Shown here: positions 38,793 to 50,419 of the stretch, one piece after another
Numbering within the stretch: the first letter of the stretch is position 1
Layout: each line of letters begins with the position of its first letter
NCBI GenBank assembly: GCA_963668315.1
Contig: OY764216.1
Span: forward strand, 96,001 to 160,000
DNA: 64,000 nt
Reading direction: 5' to 3'
DNA from: Spirochaetia bacterium
Lineage (GTDB): Bacteria; Spirochaetota; Spirochaetia; DSM-2461
Notes under the pieces: model-generated
What the model was told of the DNA's origin: nothing
What the model saw: only the letters and a program-made list of their open reading frames with translations
Database searches by the model: none
Position numbers and translations under genes: made by a program

Positions 38793-39536
38793 TTAGGAAA
38801 GGGGTTCCAGGACAATCCGGGAGGAAACCACCGAATTCACCCCTTCGTCCGCCTTTAACAGAATATCACCGTTCTTGTCCTGTCCCCGGTAGATATCAAG
38901 TCTGTCCCCTTCACCCGCTTCCTGCTGAAAAACAATCTGAAACTGGGATATCCGGTTCTCTTCGATTTCTTCCTTCTCAAGCCCATCCACCAGAAACCGG
39001 ACATAAGCGCTGTTATTCACATGATTATTCATATCCAGAGAGGAGTAATGCACGTTTCTGGAATAGACCGGCTCTCCATCAAAATCCCCGCGGATCTTCC
39101 TGAAAGTCAAAGAACAGAGATCACAGGCTTCACTGAAATTGAAGCCCTCAAAAAAACGATCGGGCATCACCGGCTTGCGCTCGGAAATATCCATGATAAT
39201 CCAGAAAGATGTGCACCTGACACAAATCTTCCCCTCTGAATCAATAACAAGAAGATCTCTGGGAGCCATGACTCCCTCACCCTTGCGGGGCGCGGTTCTT
39301 ATGATTACTTCTTCATTCCACAGGGGCATGCGGTCGATCTCCATGACGACCCGTGTCAGAGCCCAAAACTGATTTTTTTCCCTTAACTGTTCCCAGCCCC
39401 AGTTCAACGTCTCGGCGTGACGGTAGGCTATCTCCTGAAACAGCTGAAAAAGAGAAGGAAGACTCAAGCGGCACCTGGAATCGGTCTGATAGGAATTTAC
39501 CCGGGCGGGCATATCGTAAGGTTCAATAGTAATCAT
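38793..39536 (-). CDS. Acyl-ACP thioesterase
   Basis: LFQEIAYRHA, SSLDMNNHVNNSAY double hot-dog motif. Confidence 0.9.
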   Translation of the reverse strand: MITIEPYDMPARVNSYQTDSRCRLSLPSLFQLFQEIAYRHAETLNWGWEQLREKNQFWALTRVVMEIDRMPLWNEEVIIRTAPRKGEGVMAPRDLLVIDSEGKICVRCTSFWIIMDISERKPVMPDRFFEGFNFSEACDLCSLTFRKIRGDFDGEPVYSRNVHYSSLDMNNHVNNSAYVRFLVDGLEKEEIEENRISQFQIVFQQEAGEGDRLDIYRGQDKNGDILLKADEGVNSVVSSRIVLEPLS

Positions 39537-39626
39537 GTGAAACTCCTTATCCGGCAGGACGCCGTGGATTTATATTATAGAGGGAGACGGACATCTATTC
39601 AATGACAGGAGTTTTATCATTTATAC

Positions 39627-39660
39627 AAAAAGAGGGGGGACCCGACCGGAGCCCCCCCTT
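39627..39660 (-). terminator. Terminator after eno
   Basis: G-rich/C-rich stem with A run on the plus strand. Confidence 0.7.
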
Positions 39661-39674
39661 CCTCAGCCGTCCCG

Positions 39675-41075
<1,401 letters not shown>

Positions 41076-41136
41076 CTAACATTATTAATGCTATCTTGCA
41101 CCAAATATAACAACTTCTCAGTCAAAAGTACAGTCC

Positions 41137-42429
41137 TTAAGAAGAAGTTGACGACTCATTAGCCTGCACCAGCTTTCTGGCCAGCAGTTTAGAAATGAAC
41201 ATGGAGTACTGGGGGTACTCTTTTATTACCGTAATGAAAGACTCCCGGGGTATCTTTATCAGCTTCCCCTCCCTGTCCGCCACCACGGTCGCCGTCCGCG
41301 TATTGCTCAGAAGAAAAGCCATTTCCCCCATGAAAATATCCGAAGGAGTGATGACTCCGACAGCCTGGTTGTTGTGATAGACCGTATAGTTGCCGCTTGT
41401 GATATAGTAAAGACAGTCGGCCACTTCACCCGCCTTCATCACCACATCTCCCTTTTTCACCCGTATAATCTCTTCGGTGGAAAACCCGGCGGGAGTAATT
41501 TTTTCGGCTTCGCTCTTCTCGTTAAAAACCAGAGAAACCCGGTTTCCCTTCCTGTTATAAATAAGCCGGTCCGCGATAGACTGGGCCAGGAGGATTCCCC
41601 TTCCGTGAAGCTCGTCCTGACTCTGCTTTTTAACCGAAGCGGCGAAAGCGGCCACATCAAAACCCTCTCCGCAGTCGGTAACGGTAAAGCGGGCTTCCTC
41701 CTCGGAGAAGTCCCAGTCCAGTCGGACGATCTTTTTGGAGATATCCGGATCTTCGTTTTTAAAGGCTATCACTTCAGCCATTCCCAATCCTTCCATCATG
41801 GCCTGTGTTTTCTCCTCGAAGGAAATTCCGCAGTTGCCATGCTCTATTCCATTAATGATAAGCTCACTCAGGGCAAGTTGCAAATCAAGTCTCTCTTCCT
41901 GCCGGCGCCACCCCATCCGCACCATGCTTAAAGCCAGAAGACCGGCATATACGGGGACCACGGTAAAATCCAGATTCCTTATACGGAATGAACCGGAGAC
42001 CCGGTTGATAAGTTTTTCCGTCAGCCATCCGGAGAAGATCAGCTGACGGTTCTCATAAATAATCTTCAAGGTCCTGCCCAGGAAATGCTCCGTTCTCTTC
42101 TGCTCCAGAAGAGCCAGGAGATTAATTCCCTTATACTTTTCCAGCAGTTCCGTCTCTTCCTTGCGCGAACCGTCGTAAAGTCCCACGATACCGAAATTAT
42201 GCAGCCAGGAATCGGCCATGATTCTGTTTGCAATGGCATCGGAATCAATAAAAGGATCGGTAAAATTAAAAACGACCATCTCGGGAAGTTCAAACTCCAG
42301 GAGTTCCAGAGCTTCTTTTTCCGTGGTCGGGAACTGAAGAATAATCTCTTCAGGAAATAGATCAGAAACAGTCTTGGCTATAACCATGTTAAGTTTTTCA
42401 TCGGTGGAAATAACAACAATATAATTCAT
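41137..42429 (-). CDS. Degenerate receiver + RsbW-like HATPase + cyclic-nucleotide-binding protein
   Basis: ALSELIINGIEHGN, TDCGEGFD, HGRGI; C-terminal MGEMAFLLSNTRTATV. Confidence 0.85.
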   Translation of the reverse strand: MNYIVVISTDEKLNMVIAKTVSDLFPEEIILQFPTTEKEALELLEFELPEMVVFNFTDPFIDSDAIANRIMADSWLHNFGIVGLYDGSRKEETELLEKYKGINLLALLEQKRTEHFLGRTLKIIYENRQLIFSGWLTEKLINRVSGSFRIRNLDFTVVPVYAGLLALSMVRMGWRRQEERLDLQLALSELIINGIEHGNCGISFEEKTQAMMEGLGMAEVIAFKNEDPDISKKIVRLDWDFSEEEARFTVTDCGEGFDVAAFAASVKKQSQDELHGRGILLAQSIADRLIYNRKGNRVSLVFNEKSEAEKITPAGFSTEEIIRVKKGDVVMKAGEVADCLYYITSGNYTVYHNNQAVGVITPSDIFMGEMAFLLSNTRTATVVADREGKLIKIPRESFITVIKEYPQYSMFISKLLARKLVQANESSTSS

Positions 42430-42490
42430 GTATACGATTATATAGTAAAGGAATGGGAAAAACAATGAAAACCGTCATGTTCCCTGTGGA

Positions 42491-43730
42491 GAGGATAATG
42501 TCACAAAGGTTTGACATAATTTTCTGAAATATCGGGTTTTCTACTCAAAAAATCCTCCCTTCTATTAGTGACTTGAAAGAAGGAGGTTCACATTGTCCAA
42601 TCAGATATACTGCCCTAATCCGAAGTGCGTTAATCATCCTCATACATCTGAAAGCAATTCCTGGATACGTAAGAAGGGCTTTGTAAAAACAAAGAGGGAT
42701 GGCATGGTTCAACGTTATCAATGCAAGGACTGTTTATCCACATTCTCTCTATCTTATTTCACAATAGACCATTATGTTCACAAGAAGCTTTCTTATCCCA
42801 CCCTTCTGAACCATCTTGTCAGCGGTTCAGGCATCAGAGATATGGCGCGGGCCATGCATTCCTCCCCCAGTATCATCACGAACCGCATTCAACGTCTGTC
42901 GAAAAGAATAATTTCTGTATGTCCTAAGGAAATCCATGATTTGGAGCTCAGTGAATCGGTGGCCGCCGACGGGTTGGAAAACTTCATTCTCTCCCAGTAT
43001 TTCCCGACCAATGTAAATATCCTGGCAGGGCAACGATCCCAATTTATCTACATATTCAATGCCTATCACTTTAAGCGTAAGGGAGCCTGCACAGAAGAAC
43101 AAAAAAAAAGAAAATCAGAGCTCTATGAGTCAGCCTTGTTTGAGAAGGGAGCTGCCTCCCGGAATTTCAGGGAGATACTTCGCTTCCTTTCGGAAAAATC
43201 AGAAAAATCTTCCTTGCCCTCAGTTATTCTTGATACGGATGAACACCCCATCTATCGCCATCAGTTTGAACAATACGAATTTCTTTCACACAAAATACGC
43301 CACAGAAGGACGAACTCCCGAATAGAACGGAATTACCAAAACAAATTATTCCCCTGTAACTATATAGATAGACAGATAAGAAAGGATTTAGCCGAATATA
43401 TACGGGAGACGGTTCAGTTTGGAAGAAATATGAATAATAGTATGGACAGATTTTCCTGCTACTGCTTCTGGCATAATTTCCTTAAACCTTTTCGAATAAA
43501 TAAAAGGAATAGAAAATACCTTACACATAGTCACGCTGCGGGTTTTACACCGGAAAAAAACAGGGAGATAATTAACGAGGTTTTCCATGGATGCAGAAAA
43601 AAAGAAGAGGATTTTATAGAATATCTTACGGAATTTCAGAAAGCTCACTTGAAGCGAACTCTTCTGAATCCGTTAAACAAAAAAGCGGTCTAGGAACGAA
43701 TTGATGTCAAAAAATAAGAACATTAAGCTC
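42491..43730 (+). mobile_element. IS1-like insertion sequence
   Basis: Inverted ends GAGGATAATGT-N8-TTTGACAT (42491-42517) and ATGTCAAA-N8-ACATTAAGCTC (43704-43730); AT-rich interior; exact termini uncertain. Confidence 0.7.
42593..43693 (+). CDS. IS1-like transposase (Zn ribbon, HTH, RNase H-like core)
   Basis: CPNPKC...QRYQCKDC, GSGIRDMAR HTH, AADGLE, TDEHPIY, IRKDLAEYIRETVQFGR, HNFLKP. Confidence 0.75.
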   Translation: MSNQIYCPNPKCVNHPHTSESNSWIRKKGFVKTKRDGMVQRYQCKDCLSTFSLSYFTIDHYVHKKLSYPTLLNHLVSGSGIRDMARAMHSSPSIITNRIQRLSKRIISVCPKEIHDLELSESVAADGLENFILSQYFPTNVNILAGQRSQFIYIFNAYHFKRKGACTEEQKKRKSELYESALFEKGAASRNFREILRFLSEKSEKSSLPSVILDTDEHPIYRHQFEQYEFLSHKIRHRRTNSRIERNYQNKLFPCNYIDRQIRKDLAEYIRETVQFGRNMNNSMDRFSCYCFWHNFLKPFRINKRNRKYLTHSHAAGFTPEKNREIINEVFHGCRKKEEDFIEYLTEFQKAHLKRTLLNPLNKKAV

Positions 43731-44091
43731 AATATTGCCCCGTAGAAAGCAGCACGAGAGTACAGGCTTCCACCGGTTCTATTCCTTCCCCTTTCAGAAG
43801 TTCCTGAAACTCGGGGTTTTCCGTCCCCGGATTAAAGAGAACACGGCGGGGTTTCAAAGTTTTAACATATTCGTAGTAAGCACTCTGATTCTGAGGACCC
43901 ACATACAGGGTTACCGTATCGACATCTTCCAGCGGCTTCTGCTCTGTGAAAAACTCCACATCCTCTACCTGTCCCGGTTTGAGCGAAAGAGCGTAGACCG
44001 GATATCCGTTCATGCGTAACTTCTGAATCGCCTTGAAGGCGTATCTCTCAGGCTTTGTTGAAGCTCCGATTACAAGTGTATGTTTTTTCAT
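43729..44091 (-). CDS. CoA-binding protein
   Basis: VIGASTKPERYA, VDTVTLYV, FNPGTEN, ACTLVLL. Confidence 0.92.
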   Translation of the reverse strand: MKKHTLVIGASTKPERYAFKAIQKLRMNGYPVYALSLKPGQVEDVEFFTEQKPLEDVDTVTLYVGPQNQSAYYEYVKTLKPRRVLFNPGTENPEFQELLKGEGIEPVEACTLVLLSTGQY

Positions 44092-44186
44092 ATATTCAAT
44101 ATACTATAAGAGCACTGAAAATACCAGAAAAATGATTCCTTTCTTTTTCTATTGACGCCTCCCGTTTCATAAAGTAGGATCTATCC

Positions 44187-45518
44187 ATGCTTCCGGCGAA
44201 GTTCCGTACGATTCTTTCCCGTTCCCTCCCTGCACATGTGGGAATATATACGGTATTCGGAATCCTCTGGATAACCCTGTCCGACCGTATCCTGCTGGCC
44301 CTCATCCAAAATAGAACCGTCCTGTCCCGAATCCAGACCTACAAGGGCTGGTTTTTCATATTGATAACATCCGCTCTTCTGTACTTTCTCATGGACAGAC
44401 ACAGGAGCGCTCTTAACAAGGAGAAGGAGGAGCAGGAGAAGATTCTCACAACAGTTCCCCTCCCCCTGATCATTTTGGACAAGGGGGGGAAGGTCCTTAT
44501 GGTTAACCCCGCGTTTACCGGGAAATTCGGTTACAGCCGGGAGGATATCCCCGACTCGGAAACCTGGTTCCGTAAGGCCTACCCCGACGTATCCTACAGG
44601 CAGAAAGTCATGGATGAGTGGAACCGGACCCAGACCCAGCCGCAGGAGAGCCTTCCCTCCTCCTATATTTTCACGGTCATGGATAAAAACGGCCATGAGA
44701 AAATTACGGAGTTCATCCTTTTGAAGCGAGTAGACTCTCAGATTATTATCTGCCGGGATCAGACGGAAGCGAAGAAACGCATGGCCGAGACAAGCCAGGA
44801 AGACAAGATGCGGGCCCTGGGGCAGCTGGCGGGGGGAATAGCCCATGATTTCAACAATCAGCTATGCGCCATTATGGGGTTCACCGACCTGCTCTCCTCC
44901 CATATCCCGGAAGGGACCGATGAATATGCCCACCTCAACGCCATCATAGAGGCCTCCTCCACGGCCGCCTCCCTGACCGAGAAGCTTCTCTCCTTTTCAC
45001 GTAAAACGAACATAGAGATGGGCCCGGTCGACATGGCCGTACTCCTGGACGAGATCGTCCATATCGGAGAAAGGACTTTCCCGGCCTCGATACATATCAG
45101 GAAGGACGTGGGAACGGACAAGACGGTCATTCCCGGAAACAGATCCCAGCTCAACAGCATGCTCCTGAATTTGCTCCTGAACGCCCGGGACGCCATGCCG
45201 GACGGAGGGCTGATAACGATAACCCTGACCTCGTCCTGGCATGACGGGGATATGATGAACGGACTTCCCATGGAAAGGGGCATTTATCTTAAACTGACAG
45301 TTTCCGATGAGGGAACGGGCATCGCACCGGAACACATCAGCCACATATTCGAACCCTTCTACACGACAAAGGAGAGGCATAAGGGGAGCGGCATGGGGCT
45401 CGCCATGGTCTACAGCACCCTCCAGTATCACAAAGGGGGGATCCGGGTGGAAAACGGGAAAGGCCGGGGAGCGACTTTTCAACTATTTTTCCCCACAAAT
45501 TTGACTGTCCCCGACTAA
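44187..45518 (+). CDS. PAS-domain sensor histidine kinase
   Basis: WITLSD..QTYKGWFF membrane module, PAS, LAGGIAHDFNN, NLLLNARDAM, FEPFYTTK..GSGMGL. Confidence 0.93.
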   Translation: MLPAKFRTILSRSLPAHVGIYTVFGILWITLSDRILLALIQNRTVLSRIQTYKGWFFILITSALLYFLMDRHRSALNKEKEEQEKILTTVPLPLIILDKGGKVLMVNPAFTGKFGYSREDIPDSETWFRKAYPDVSYRQKVMDEWNRTQTQPQESLPSSYIFTVMDKNGHEKITEFILLKRVDSQIIICRDQTEAKKRMAETSQEDKMRALGQLAGGIAHDFNNQLCAIMGFTDLLSSHIPEGTDEYAHLNAIIEASSTAASLTEKLLSFSRKTNIEMGPVDMAVLLDEIVHIGERTFPASIHIRKDVGTDKTVIPGNRSQLNSMLLNLLLNARDAMPDGGLITITLTSSWHDGDMMNGLPMERGIYLKLTVSDEGTGIAPEHISHIFEPFYTTKERHKGSGMGLAMVYSTLQYHKGGIRVENGKGRGATFQLFFPTNLTVPD

Positions 45519-45535
45519 TGCCTATACTTTAGGAT

Positions 45536-47092
45536 ATGAGGAAGAAGATTCTCCTGATATTCCTAATGCTGCTTACTTTAGAGAGTGTTTTCACCCATGA
45601 TCCGGAGATACATCTGGGAGTCCTCTCCAACCGATCCGACGAGATAACCCTAAACCGCTGGTCAGCCACAGCCGATTACCTCAACGAGAAGATTCCCGGC
45701 TACCGGTTCTCTGTTATTCCTGTCGGCTTCGAGGAAATAGACGAAGCCATCGCCATGAAAAGCATAGACTTCATCCTGGCGAATACGGGCCTTTATGTCG
45801 AATTGGCTTCCCGTTACGACATAAGCCGAATAGTGACCATGAAAAACGACATCCAGGGGCGGAGTTACACATCCTTCGGAGGGGTTTTCTTCACCCGTTC
45901 GGACAGGGACGATATAAAAGAGATCAAGGATATGCGGGGCAAAACGGTAGCCTCCGTGGCACGTACATCCCTGGGGGGCTGGATAGCCCTGTGGAGAGAG
46001 CTGGACGACCGCCATATAAAGCCGGAATCCTATTTCAGTCAGATCGGCTTCCTCGACTCCCATGACGAAGTCGTCTATGCCGTGAGGGACGGGCTTTTCG
46101 ACGGAGGAACAGTCAGAACGGACACCCTGGAATCCATGGCCAATGAGAATCTGATCAATCTGGATGATTACAAACTCATACAGCTGGACAGTACCCCGGT
46201 CAATCGGGAGATTCAGGATTTCCCCTATCTTCTCAGCACGCGCCTCTATCCCGAATGGCCCCTGGCCAAACTCTCCCATGTTCCCAATGAACTGGCCGAG
46301 CAGTTAGCCACCAGCCTTATCGTCATGCCCCCGGACAGCCCTGCCGCCGTTCAGGCCGGTACAAGAGGCTGGACCATCCCTCTGAATTACCAGATTGTTC
46401 ACGACTGCTTCTACCAGCTGAAAATCGGCCCCTATGAAAACTACTCCAAAATAAACCCGGTCGATGTCATCTCGAAATACCTTCTCTGGATCATCTTCAT
46501 CGTCCTGATCATACTGTTCCTCATAAGCACGGTTCTGTATATTTTATCCCTCAACAGGCAGCTGAAGGAATCGGAGAGGAAAATGCGCCAGATGGCCACC
46601 CTCGATCCTCTCACCGAACTGCCGAACAGGCGGTATTTTCAGGATTTCGCAGAGAAAACCCTGGATCTCTGCCGCCGCCGGGGATGCCGTTTCGGGATCT
46701 ACTATATGGATCTGGACCGTTTCAAACCGGTGAATGATCAATACGGCCATGAAACGGGCGATATGCTCCTTCACGAAGTCGGGCAGCGCCTGATCAAACA
46801 GATGAGGAAAAGCGATCTGTGCGCCAGAATAGGCGGAGACGAGTTCGTGGCGCTGATACAGGACGTAAAGCATGATCAGGGATTTGACAAGGTCGCCAGA
46901 CGGATTCTGGAATCCCTGTCCCACCCCTATTTCATCAACGAAAAGGATATAAAGATCGGCGTCAGCATTGGGATAAGTCTGTTCCCGGAGCAGGGAAGAG
47001 ATCTGGAGGCTCTGCTGAAGATGGCGGATGAAGCGCTTTACCATGCCAAAGAACAGGGCAAAGGACGCTACAGAATTTATCGGGAAGGCTGA
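45536..47092 (+). CDS. Diguanylate cyclase with phosphonate-binding-protein-like periplasmic sensor
   Basis: RWSATADYL, TSLGGW, HDEVVYAV, STRLYPEWP; TM; RKSD I-site and GGDEF. Confidence 0.92.
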   Translation: MRKKILLIFLMLLTLESVFTHDPEIHLGVLSNRSDEITLNRWSATADYLNEKIPGYRFSVIPVGFEEIDEAIAMKSIDFILANTGLYVELASRYDISRIVTMKNDIQGRSYTSFGGVFFTRSDRDDIKEIKDMRGKTVASVARTSLGGWIALWRELDDRHIKPESYFSQIGFLDSHDEVVYAVRDGLFDGGTVRTDTLESMANENLINLDDYKLIQLDSTPVNREIQDFPYLLSTRLYPEWPLAKLSHVPNELAEQLATSLIVMPPDSPAAVQAGTRGWTIPLNYQIVHDCFYQLKIGPYENYSKINPVDVISKYLLWIIFIVLIILFLISTVLYILSLNRQLKESERKMRQMATLDPLTELPNRRYFQDFAEKTLDLCRRRGCRFGIYYMDLDRFKPVNDQYGHETGDMLLHEVGQRLIKQMRKSDLCARIGGDEFVALIQDVKHDQGFDKVARRILESLSHPYFINEKDIKIGVSIGISLFPEQGRDLEALLKMADEALYHAKEQGKGRYRIYREG

Positions 47093-47098
47093 AAACCG

Positions 47099-50000
47099 AT
47101 GACGGAAGATTTCCTTAACCTGAATGGTTACGACTTTACCACTCCCGACAGAGAACGTTTCGACAGGAGGGGGCAGCGTATATTCAGACATGCCACCCTT
47201 TCCGGATTGATCATCCACCTGATATTTCTCTCCTTTATCAACAGAAACGGGCTCCTTATCCTCTTGGAATCATTCATCATTCTGCTCTATGCCCTTCTGA
47301 TCATCGTCTTCTACCGGACGGATGAAGCCAGGGACTGGAGAGTCCCCGCAGCGGCGGCCAACTTCATTCCCTTTCTCTCCCTGCTTCTTTCCCATGGCGT
47401 ACTGAAAACCCAATTGCCTAATCAGTACTATATGGACCTGGGCCTTTCCCTGATCATGATAGCCTCCACCCAATTCCTCAACAGGAAGTCCCTTCTCAAG
47501 ACGGTCATCTACCTCGCTCTTTCCGGCTGGTTCATCCTCTCCATAACCCAAGGCGTCATGTTTCTCCGTCTGGCGGAAGGAAATCAGCTTGACCTAACCG
47601 GGAAGAGGCTTGAATTCTTCTACTCCTATCTTTTCCTTACGGTTATGCTGAGTTTGAGCGCGCTGCTTTCCATTCTGAATTATAATTTCTGGGAAAAATT
47701 CCGTCATATAGAGGAGAGGAAAAACACCGTACAGAAACTTCTGACAAGGGAGAGTAAAAGCGGTCTTTTCATTAGCGACAGTAATTTTACATATGTACTG
47801 GGCAATCCCTCCTTCTATCAGATCCTGGAAAGGGAGTACTCCCCGGAGAGTCAAATACTTCGGGATGTGATGGAAAATGTCATCTACCCCCTGGATTTTT
47901 CCCATACCCTGCGAACCGTAAACGAACTGCAAAAGAATAATACCGACGTGCTGCCCTTCGATCTGAGGGTGGGAACGGAGGAGAGTTTCAAATGGATAAG
48001 GGTAGACGGACTCTTTACCTTTGAGGAGGGGAAGAATCCGCTTTTTCTGGGCTCCCTCACCGATATTGATTACCTGAAAAGATCCGAAGAGAAGGCCCGG
48101 TCCGACTCCTCCTCGATTAAAGCCCTGCTCATGGTAGGCCAGATTTACCCCTGGGAGCTGGACCTTTCAAGAGACACATTTCTTCCCCTGGCTTCTCACC
48201 GCAAAGGGGAATCGCCCTTCTCCGACTGTACGCAGCTCTCCTTCCTGAAGCATATAGAATCGGTACACATGGATTTCCGTCCCGTGGTGGAACAGGCCTT
48301 CGATTCCATACGCAGGGGAGAAGATTCAGTCCTGGACGTTGATTATCTCTTCAATTCGGAAGGAACGGAACGCTACGTGTGGCTCAAGGACGTCGGTTTC
48401 CTCTCCCGCCGGGACAAGGAGGGAAATCCCCTGACCATAAGCGGCTATACCATGGACATCGATACGGACCGCAGACGGACCCTGCGTATTGATCAGGCGT
48501 TCCGGGCCAGCGGGTTTATTCCCTGGCAGTGGGACAGGAAGAAGGGGTTTGCCGAGCTGGATGAAGAATACATAGACCTCCTGGGCGTTCCCCTGGACAA
48601 GTTCCCCATCTCCAGGCGGGACTTTTTCATGCGCCTCGTTCACAGCGAGGACAGATCAAAGGTAAGGGACTTCTTCTCCCACCATGTCACCGAAAGCCGT
48701 CAATCCAGCCGTATCGGCATCCCCATCCAGTTCAGAATTCAATTCAAAGGAATGGAAGAGTCCATATGGATTGAGGGAAGAATTGTGGGTGTCCAATACG
48801 ACAGGAACAGCTATCCCCTGTTTGTGGAGGGGATTTTCCGGAATATAACACGGGAGAAGAGAAGAGAACTAAGCCTGGCGGAGGAAAAAAAGGAACGGGA
48901 AGTGGTGGATACGAAAAACAGAATTTTCTCCACCATCAGCCATGAACTTCTTACTCCCATGAACGGTCTGATGGGGACTCTGGACAGTTTCGTGGACACC
49001 GAGCTGGATCATTCACAGAAAGAGCTCCTTGACCGGGCCGGTCTGTCCGCCGACCTCCTTCTGAACAGAATTCATGAACTGCTGGATATATCCGATCTGG
49101 GACACGGGGAAATTGCTCTGACGAAAGATCTGTTCTCCCCGGAGGGACTTCTTAAAGGAATCATAAAGAAACTGAATGAAACGGCCCTCGCCGCCGAAAT
49201 AGATCTGAGTCTGGATATAAAAACACCCCTTCCCTCCCTGCTCAAAGGAGACAGAAAGAGAATCGAGCAGATCATCTCCAACCTTGTAAGGAACGGGATA
49301 AAATTCACGCCGAGGGGAAGAGTCGTCCTTTATGCCGATTCTGAAGAGACAGCCCCCGGTAAAATCGACCTCAAAATATCAGTTAAGGACGACGGTATAG
49401 GAATACCCTCGGAGAAAATCGCCTCGATCTTTGAGCCCTTCAATCAGATTGACAGTTCCTCAGCCCGGAACCGCCAGGGAATCGGTCTGAGTCTGGCCAT
49501 CAACAAACAGCTGGTTGAACTGATGGGGGGAAGCCTGGATGTGACAAGCGCCCTGGGAGAAGGCTCGGTATTTTCCCTGTCCCTTCCTCTCTATAAAGGG
49601 TCGGCCCGGGAAAAGGGAGCCGCCGGAGGCACGTATATTTATCCGGGAAGCAAAGTCCTGATTGTGGATGACAACCCCATGAACAGGGAAATCGCCGCCG
49701 ATCTTCTGGCCATGAGAAAAATAAAAATCGTCACGGCGGCGGGAGGCAGAGAGGGGCTTGATGCCATGGCGGGAGAGTCGCCCGATCTGGTCTTCATGGA
49801 TATCCAGATGCCCGGCATGGATGGCTACGAGACGGTACGTCTTCAGAGGGAACGGGAAGCGGGGGGAGGCAGGATCCCCATAATCGCCCTGACGGCCAAT
49901 GTCACCGACAAGGACAGGGATCTGGCCTATAACGCAGGAATGGACGGCTTTCTGTCCAAACCGATAGACCGCAGGAAAATTGACATCATCCTTAACAAAT

Positions 50001-50419
50001 GGCTCAAGGACTACCGCCTCTCCCTGGAAGAAACGGGAAGTCCCCAACCGGAAACTCTTACGCCCATTCCCGGAATCGCCATGGAAGAAACCCTTGAACG
50101 GTTTTCCGGTGAATACGATATTCTCAAGGAACTTCTAAAGGATTACAGGGAGGACTACGGGGATTTCGGAGCTCAGACAGCCGATCTGATGGAGCGGGAA
50201 GACAAGGAAGGGTTATTTGCCCGCATCCACGCCCTGAAAGGGGTTTCCGGAAGCCTGGGTATTACGGATGTCTATGAGATATCCCGCCGGATGGCCGACG
50301 GGTACCGCGAGACCGCCATGATTTTCGAAGAAGACCTGGCGGCTCTGGAAGGGGCAATGTCCCGTTTTCTCAAGAAGCTCAACTCCTTTTTTGAGGAAGA
50401 AGAGCAGTCTAGAATGTGA
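47099..50419 (+). CDS. Hybrid sensor histidine kinase (TM, PAS, HisKA, HATPase, REC, Hpt)
   Basis: SHELLTPMNG, NLVRNGIKFT, DDGIGI, VDDNPMNR..FMDIQMP..KP, IHALKGVS. Confidence 0.93.
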   Translation: MTEDFLNLNGYDFTTPDRERFDRRGQRIFRHATLSGLIIHLIFLSFINRNGLLILLESFIILLYALLIIVFYRTDEARDWRVPAAAANFIPFLSLLLSHGVLKTQLPNQYYMDLGLSLIMIASTQFLNRKSLLKTVIYLALSGWFILSITQGVMFLRLAEGNQLDLTGKRLEFFYSYLFLTVMLSLSALLSILNYNFWEKFRHIEERKNTVQKLLTRESKSGLFISDSNFTYVLGNPSFYQILEREYSPESQILRDVMENVIYPLDFSHTLRTVNELQKNNTDVLPFDLRVGTEESFKWIRVDGLFTFEEGKNPLFLGSLTDIDYLKRSEEKARSDSSSIKALLMVGQIYPWELDLSRDTFLPLASHRKGESPFSDCTQLSFLKHIESVHMDFRPVVEQAFDSIRRGEDSVLDVDYLFNSEGTERYVWLKDVGFLSRRDKEGNPLTISGYTMDIDTDRRRTLRIDQAFRASGFIPWQWDRKKGFAELDEEYIDLLGVPLDKFPISRRDFFMRLVHSEDRSKVRDFFSHHVTESRQSSRIGIPIQFRIQFKGMEESIWIEGRIVGVQYDRNSYPLFVEGIFRNITREKRRELSLAEEKKEREVVDTKNRIFSTISHELLTPMNGLMGTLDSFVDTELDHSQKELLDRAGLSADLLLNRIHELLDISDLGHGEIALTKDLFSPEGLLKGIIKKLNETALAAEIDLSLDIKTPLPSLLKGDRKRIEQIISNLVRNGIKFTPRGRVVLYADSEETAPGKIDLKISVKDDGIGIPSEKIASIFEPFNQIDSSSARNRQGIGLSLAINKQLVELMGGSLDVTSALGEGSVFSLSLPLYKGSAREKGAAGGTYIYPGSKVLIVDDNPMNREIAADLLAMRKIKIVTAAGGREGLDAMAGESPDLVFMDIQMPGMDGYETVRLQREREAGGGRIPIIALTANVTDKDRDLAYNAGMDGFLSKPIDRRKIDIILNKWLKDYRLSLEETGSPQPETLTPIPGIAMEETLERFSGEYDILKELLKDYREDYGDFGAQTADLMEREDKEGLFARIHALKGVSGSLGITDVYEISRRMADGYRETAMIFEEDLAALEGAMSRFLKKLNSFFEEEEQSRM

